From assembly GCA_964016885.1 (NCBI GenBank), contig OZ024742.1:193068001-193132000 (forward strand): DNA of 64,000 nucleotides, read 5' to 3'. Below the pieces are notes generated by a model, which was not told the origin of the DNA, made no database searches, and was given only the letters and a program-made list of their open reading frames with translations. The stretch comes from Eledone cirrhosa. Its lineage: Eukaryota. The translations under genes were made by a program, and so were the position numbers. Below, one piece after another: positions 58,948 to 64,000 of this stretch. The number at the start of each line of letters is the position of its first letter. Within the stretch, counting starts at the first letter, position 1.

Positions 58948-59380
58948 AACGAAAAATCATTGATGCATCTGAACTCAATTTATTGTGTGTTACGATTGTT
59001 TCGCCGGCGGACAGCTCGAGACGTGATCATTGTGTGGATCTGTCTGATTCTGGATCCGCAGGTTCGACGGACACGTCTAGTGATTACGGAGCATATTCTT
59101 TCACTGGGGTATCTGATCCTATGGGCCAATACCGTCAAAATCTTCATCCTCTTCGCGCGTCAAGTGATTGGCCGCTGGTCATCATAATTATGACCAAAGG
59201 TACCATTAGGGTTAGATACCCCAGTGAGACAATATGCTCCGAAATCACTAGACGTGTCCGTCGAACCTGCGGATCCAGAAACAGACAGATCCACATAATG
59301 ATCGAGTTTCGAGCTGTCCGCCGGCGAAACCATCGTCACACAATGAATTGAGTTCATTTCAGATGCATCACTAATTTTCG

Positions 59381-59382
<2 letters not shown>
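58948..59382. repeat. Fold-back (~175-bp arms) with a degenerate hammerhead at 59254-59341 (+) and its mirror
   Basis: 58948-59124 is the inverse of ~59202-59382. Motif gtgt-CCGTCGA-acctgcgga...tccgccggc-GAAA-ccatcg-UC-acac. Confidence 0.75.
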
Positions 59383-59472
<90 letters not shown>

Positions 59473-59524
59473 TGAGATAGCGTAGAATCACATCTGTTAA
59501 AACTATATATATATATATATAGAC

Positions 59525-59708
<184 letters not shown>

Positions 59709-59929
59709 CGGGCTGTTTGTTTGTTTACAATATATGTGCATATATATATGTGCATATATATATGTGTGCATGTATGTATATATATACATACTACTGTACG
59801 TCTGTATACATATATGTATGTACGTATACATACATACATAGTTACATTTAAGTAAGTGCCGCACTAAGACTGAGAAATGAAATTTCGTTTCATTTTATTC
59901 CATTTATATACATATATATATATATATAT

Positions 59930-60109
59930 AACCCGACGGCAGAGCTCAAACCGTTTCGACGGCTAATTCTGGGTCCAGAAATAGCCGTCGAAACGGCTTG
60001 ACCTCTGCCGTCGGGGTTAAACATTTTCCCATTCCCCACTCTACTGCCCTAAGTATTGAGTACTCTGGTGCGTTATGGTCCATCTGGTTCCTTACCACAC
60101 TTCCTTCGT

Positions 60110-60110
<1 letters not shown>
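59930..60110 (+). repeat. Fold-back hairpin element, copy 4
   Basis: aacccgacggcagagctc...ggctaattctgg gt ccagaaatagcc...tctgccgtcggggtt plus shared tail. Confidence 0.85.
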
Positions 60111-60158
<48 letters not shown>

Positions 60159-60840
60159 CGAATATATAGAGAGAGAGGGGGTGGGGGTGAGAGAGTGAGA
60201 GGGAGAGTGAGATCATTAATATAAGAAAGGTATCTAATTAGAAACATATCAAACATAACACGAGGCTGTTTTTCCCACTGCTGAAGCACTGACCTGAGTG
60301 TGTGAATGTATGTGTGTGTGTGTGTGTGTGTTTGTGTGCGTGCGTGTGTGTGTGTTGTGTGTGTGTGCGTTTGTCTGTTTGAGAGATTGATTGTATTTGT
60401 ATGTCTTTCTTTGCATGTATGTGTGTGAGAGTTTTTAGAATTTGATACAATTGCTATTTTATAGAACTGTAACATGATCTTAAATCTAAGAAGATATATT
60501 CGAAACGAAAATGTATATTGTTTGCAATTGCATAAAATATGGCGGCGCATGTTCAGTAGACTGAGGTATCTATTCTGACTTCTTGCATATTGAGTTCTAT
60601 AAACATAAAGCAAATGAATAAATAGATAAGATTATATTTTCTAGACATTATGTTGTGCAAAAATGTATGTCTCGCAAACTAAAGAAACAAATAAAAAAAT
60701 TATGAGATAGGAAAAGAAAGAAAATATATATATATAAGACATAGATTTTGAGTATATGTTGGTTATATACCAACACCTCAGTATGCAGGCTGGAGCACTT
60801 GACGAAGTGCGCAGGTTGGTTTGGTTACTCCGGAGTAATG

Positions 60841-61252
60841 TAAAATAAAGTTAAATAAAAAGTCAAATGTTTAAAATTTAGCTTCGTTTATTACTGCTAT
60901 ATATATTTCAGTGACAGCCATCTTTGGCTGTGACCTCTAACAATAACAACACTTAGAATGAGGAATGTTCTAACAACTGACCAATGAGAGGAGAAGAGGC
61001 CCTTTGACACTGAAATTCGTTTGTTTGAATTCATGATTCCAGTTCCTCAGTGAAATAACAACCCAACCAGGAACTGGGCATATCATAGTATTGACAATAT
61101 TATACACCTCAACAACATATGTACTTGTCTATACCACACTAATTCGGACTGCCTGAAGAGGTCACAGCCAAAGATGGCTGTCACTGAAATATATATAGCA
61201 GTAATAAACGAAGCTACATTTTAAACATTTGACTTTATTTAACTTTATTTTA
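60841..61252. repeat. Inverted repeat (~97-bp arms) around a hammerhead-containing unit
   Basis: 60841-60937 is the inverse of ~61158-61252. Confidence 0.8.
61148..61202 (+). ncRNA. Minimal type I hammerhead motif
   Basis: actgc-CTGAAGA-ggtcacagcca aaga tggctgtcact-GAAA-tatata-UA-gcagt, followed by AATAAA. Confidence 0.8.
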
Positions 61253-61466
61253 TATCGAAGACATAGTAAGATTAAAATCGCTCGACCATTTTATGGTACT
61301 GACGTTGGTGTAATGAGATGGGTGCTGGGATACAAGACATCACTGGCAACTGGAAGATGTAAAAGGTCATTAAGAAAGCCCTTAACATGAAAAAGGTCAA
61401 TCACAACCTTGACATTTATGTGAATATCGAAATATTATTCTAGTATTTATACCACATTATAGAGGA

Positions 61467-61506
<40 letters not shown>

Positions 61507-61507
<1 letters not shown>

Positions 61508-64000
61508 CCGGATGGCATAGAAGTTTTTCACATCGGCTCCGCTAATATTGGAGATATTACATGTTAACAGTAAGTGTTTGTCTGTATTCTTGCGTTATTG
61601 TGTTAATTAACCCCCTTGCCTGGGTCTTCGGACATTAGGGTTAATTTATTTCACCCCTTTTGGGGTGAAATTTTTCATCCTAAAAATCTTGCAATTGTCT
61701 CTACGCTTGTGGTAATGGAAGCCATTACCACAGGTAACGATGACACGCCCACTAAACAAACTGAAGGAGAGCGGGTAGCTGAGGCAACAAGCCACCCTAC
61801 TGAAAGAATGATGATTATTAGAAACATTCAAAAAATGGAACCCAACCCTAATGAAAAAAAATGTGAAAAAAATTAACTCGGAGAAATTGCCAAAATTAAT
61901 GGATGACGTTTCGACTTTTCACGGCGCCACGCCCACCATCAAAGGTGAAAGAGAAGTAGTAGCTGTGACTACAAGTCTCTCGGATAATGAAAATATAAGT
62001 GAAGATTTTGAAAAAATGGAGTCTAACCCCAAAGAAAAAAAAATGTGAACGAATACACCAACATAAATAACACACACACAAAAAAACAGCATTCGCACAG
62101 ACAACAAAAAAATCTATCATCTATACACCTATTGACTTAACTGCCGCCAGAGAGAAACTGGCAGAAGCAAAAAAGCACATAGATTTGGGGGAGAACGGAA
62201 TGTTTTCCATTAATCCCCCCCCCCCCCATAATTCAAGAAGACAAGACTAGAAAACACTGTTCTGTTTAGAACAGTCCTAAACAACACAAGAAAGCCAGCA
62301 CAGCCCAGCCAAATGGAGATAGAGTTGGTCCTAAAAAACCATATGAAGAATATTCTCTTCATACGAAAGGACCGACTCTATGGCAGCATTTCTGTTTTAA
62401 CAAAAGACAAGGAAACAGCACAGAGGCTTTCCCTAAGCCCACTCACATCAACAGCATACAGTTTCTATCCCTCCTACATGGGTAGAAGAACTCAGAGAGT
62501 CAAAATACAGACAATGCTGACCACAATGGACTTCTGGTGGGCTATTGCTGGCTTCATAGACATGGGCAAGGACACAGTGCTGTCAATGGGGAAGGCATCT
62601 GGTGATGCGTTCCTGGGAATGGGCCTCGACCTACTAGTCCAAATGAGGCCCGAAAGAATAGCGCAAATCCCGGATCGCATCTGGCTGGATGACCTCACCC
62701 GAATATATATAATTGTAGAGGGGAGAAGACCAGCATGCTATTCATGCACGGAAAGGGGACACGTTAAGGCTAACTGCCCGATTCGTATCCCCCAAAAAGG
62801 ACTATTGCCCACACCCACCACAAACAGTACACCAACACCACCCACCTCCAAAAATACACTAATACCACACACAGCAAACAAAATACAGACACCACCAACC
62901 ACAAGCACAACACAAACATCATCATCACCAGCACCAAACACAAGCGCGACACAAAAATCACCACCACCATCAACAACCACAACACAAACATCACCACCAC
63001 CATCACCAACCACAAGCACGACACAAACATCACCACCACCATCACCAACCACAAGCACGACACAAACATCACCACCACCACCACAAAACACATTCCAAAC
63101 AAATAATAAAAAAAAACAGCAACAAATCTACTCCTCCCGCAAAAAAAACAACCAGATACTACGTCCCTCCCACCTAGCGCTGAAGAGTTTCCCCCAATTT
63201 CTGAAGAAGGAGGAGAAGCCTTCAGACAAGTTAAAAGAAAAAAACGAAAGCACACACCCAGCACACCACAACAACAAATAACCCACACACAAACACCAAC
63301 TCCAATCAAAAACACCCACCCTCGACAAACAAAAATAAATCTGCGCCTCCCCCCTTCGAAACATTGACAGCATCACAAAAAAAGACTTTACAATACACAT
63401 ATATAAATAAAGAAAACAAAAAACTGTTTAAATTAATAAACAATAGCCCTTTGGTGCAGACCGAAGGGCCAAACTTTATCTCAACAGAGAACTTCACCCA
63501 TTTAAAAATGATAAAGATCCCTCTGGACCTTTATCGCTCCTTAAAAGAACAATTTAAACAGGACGTGAGCCCCCCCCCCCCACTGTTTAAAACCGTTAAA
63601 TAGCGTCCTCTTGAAAGATTTCCCCATAACCTCCCCTCTCCCTGACACAACTCCAAATACCCCAACCCCACCACACTCGGATACCCCCACACCACCACAA
63701 AACATCCCTCCACCCAACACACCCGATCCCATGGAAATTACACAACCCGGAGAGGTAGGTGCTTTTCTTTCTTCACTTTCAACACCAAAATAGATCAATT
63801 GAAAGTTGGTTGTTTGAATGCGCGTGGCCTGGGCTCAGCTTGGAAGCAAGCAAAGCTTCTAAGTGACCTCAGGTCACGAAGTATAGATGTGATGGTTGTT
63901 TGCGAGAGTCGGATCAGCAGCGTGCGACAGCTGGCTCCCGCCCTCGATGACTTTGAGATGCACGCATCTCTCTGTCAACCCGGAGGCGGGGGTGGGGTTG
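61507..64000 (+). mobile_element. Second Tx1/L1-clade LINE, 5' portion (ORF1 and start of ORF2)
   Basis: ORF1 piece 62313-63281 has a zinc knuckle CYSCTERGHVKANC and a T/P-rich repeat tail. From ~63790 an APE N-terminus LKVGCLNARGL...IDVMVVCESR. Follows (TATC)n; the exact 5' end is approximate. Confidence 0.85.

Noticed and set aside
62800-63100. Mucin-like T/P/S-rich host protein
   Set aside because: Low-complexity tail of the LINE ORF1, lying between the zinc knuckle and the APE-encoding ORF2.

Overview
AT-rich animal genomic DNA, packed with (TA)n/(CA)n microsatellites. It is probably from an octopus or other cephalopod; this is inferred from the SINE type and repeat landscape and is not proven. 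The only host gene I can find is an M13 (neprilysin/ECE-like) metallopeptidase on the + strand, present as four small GT-AG exons (323-457, 3439-3537, 14203-14280, 58363-58466), one intron being 44 kb. The introns are filled with retroelements: at least three autonomous-type Penelope-like element (PLE) lineages (RT + GIY-YIG) with direct and inverted pseudo-LTRs, R4/Dong-like REL-endonuclease LINEs in (AAT)n, Tx1/L1-like LINEs, RTE fragments, tRNA-derived SINEs and non-autonomous Helitrons. The signal the ORF track misses is about 25 type I hammerhead ribozyme (HHR) motifs from about 10 unrelated sequence families, many in non-coding fold-back units inserted into (TA)n. These include a retrozyme-like 547-nt circularly permuted unit (33414-34137), a U3-A8 core variant HHR, and a four-copy hairpin family that folds back at the stem II position of a half-HHR. 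All RNA structures were read by eye and have not been folded or tested. Most short ORFs in the track are microsatellite or antisense artefacts.
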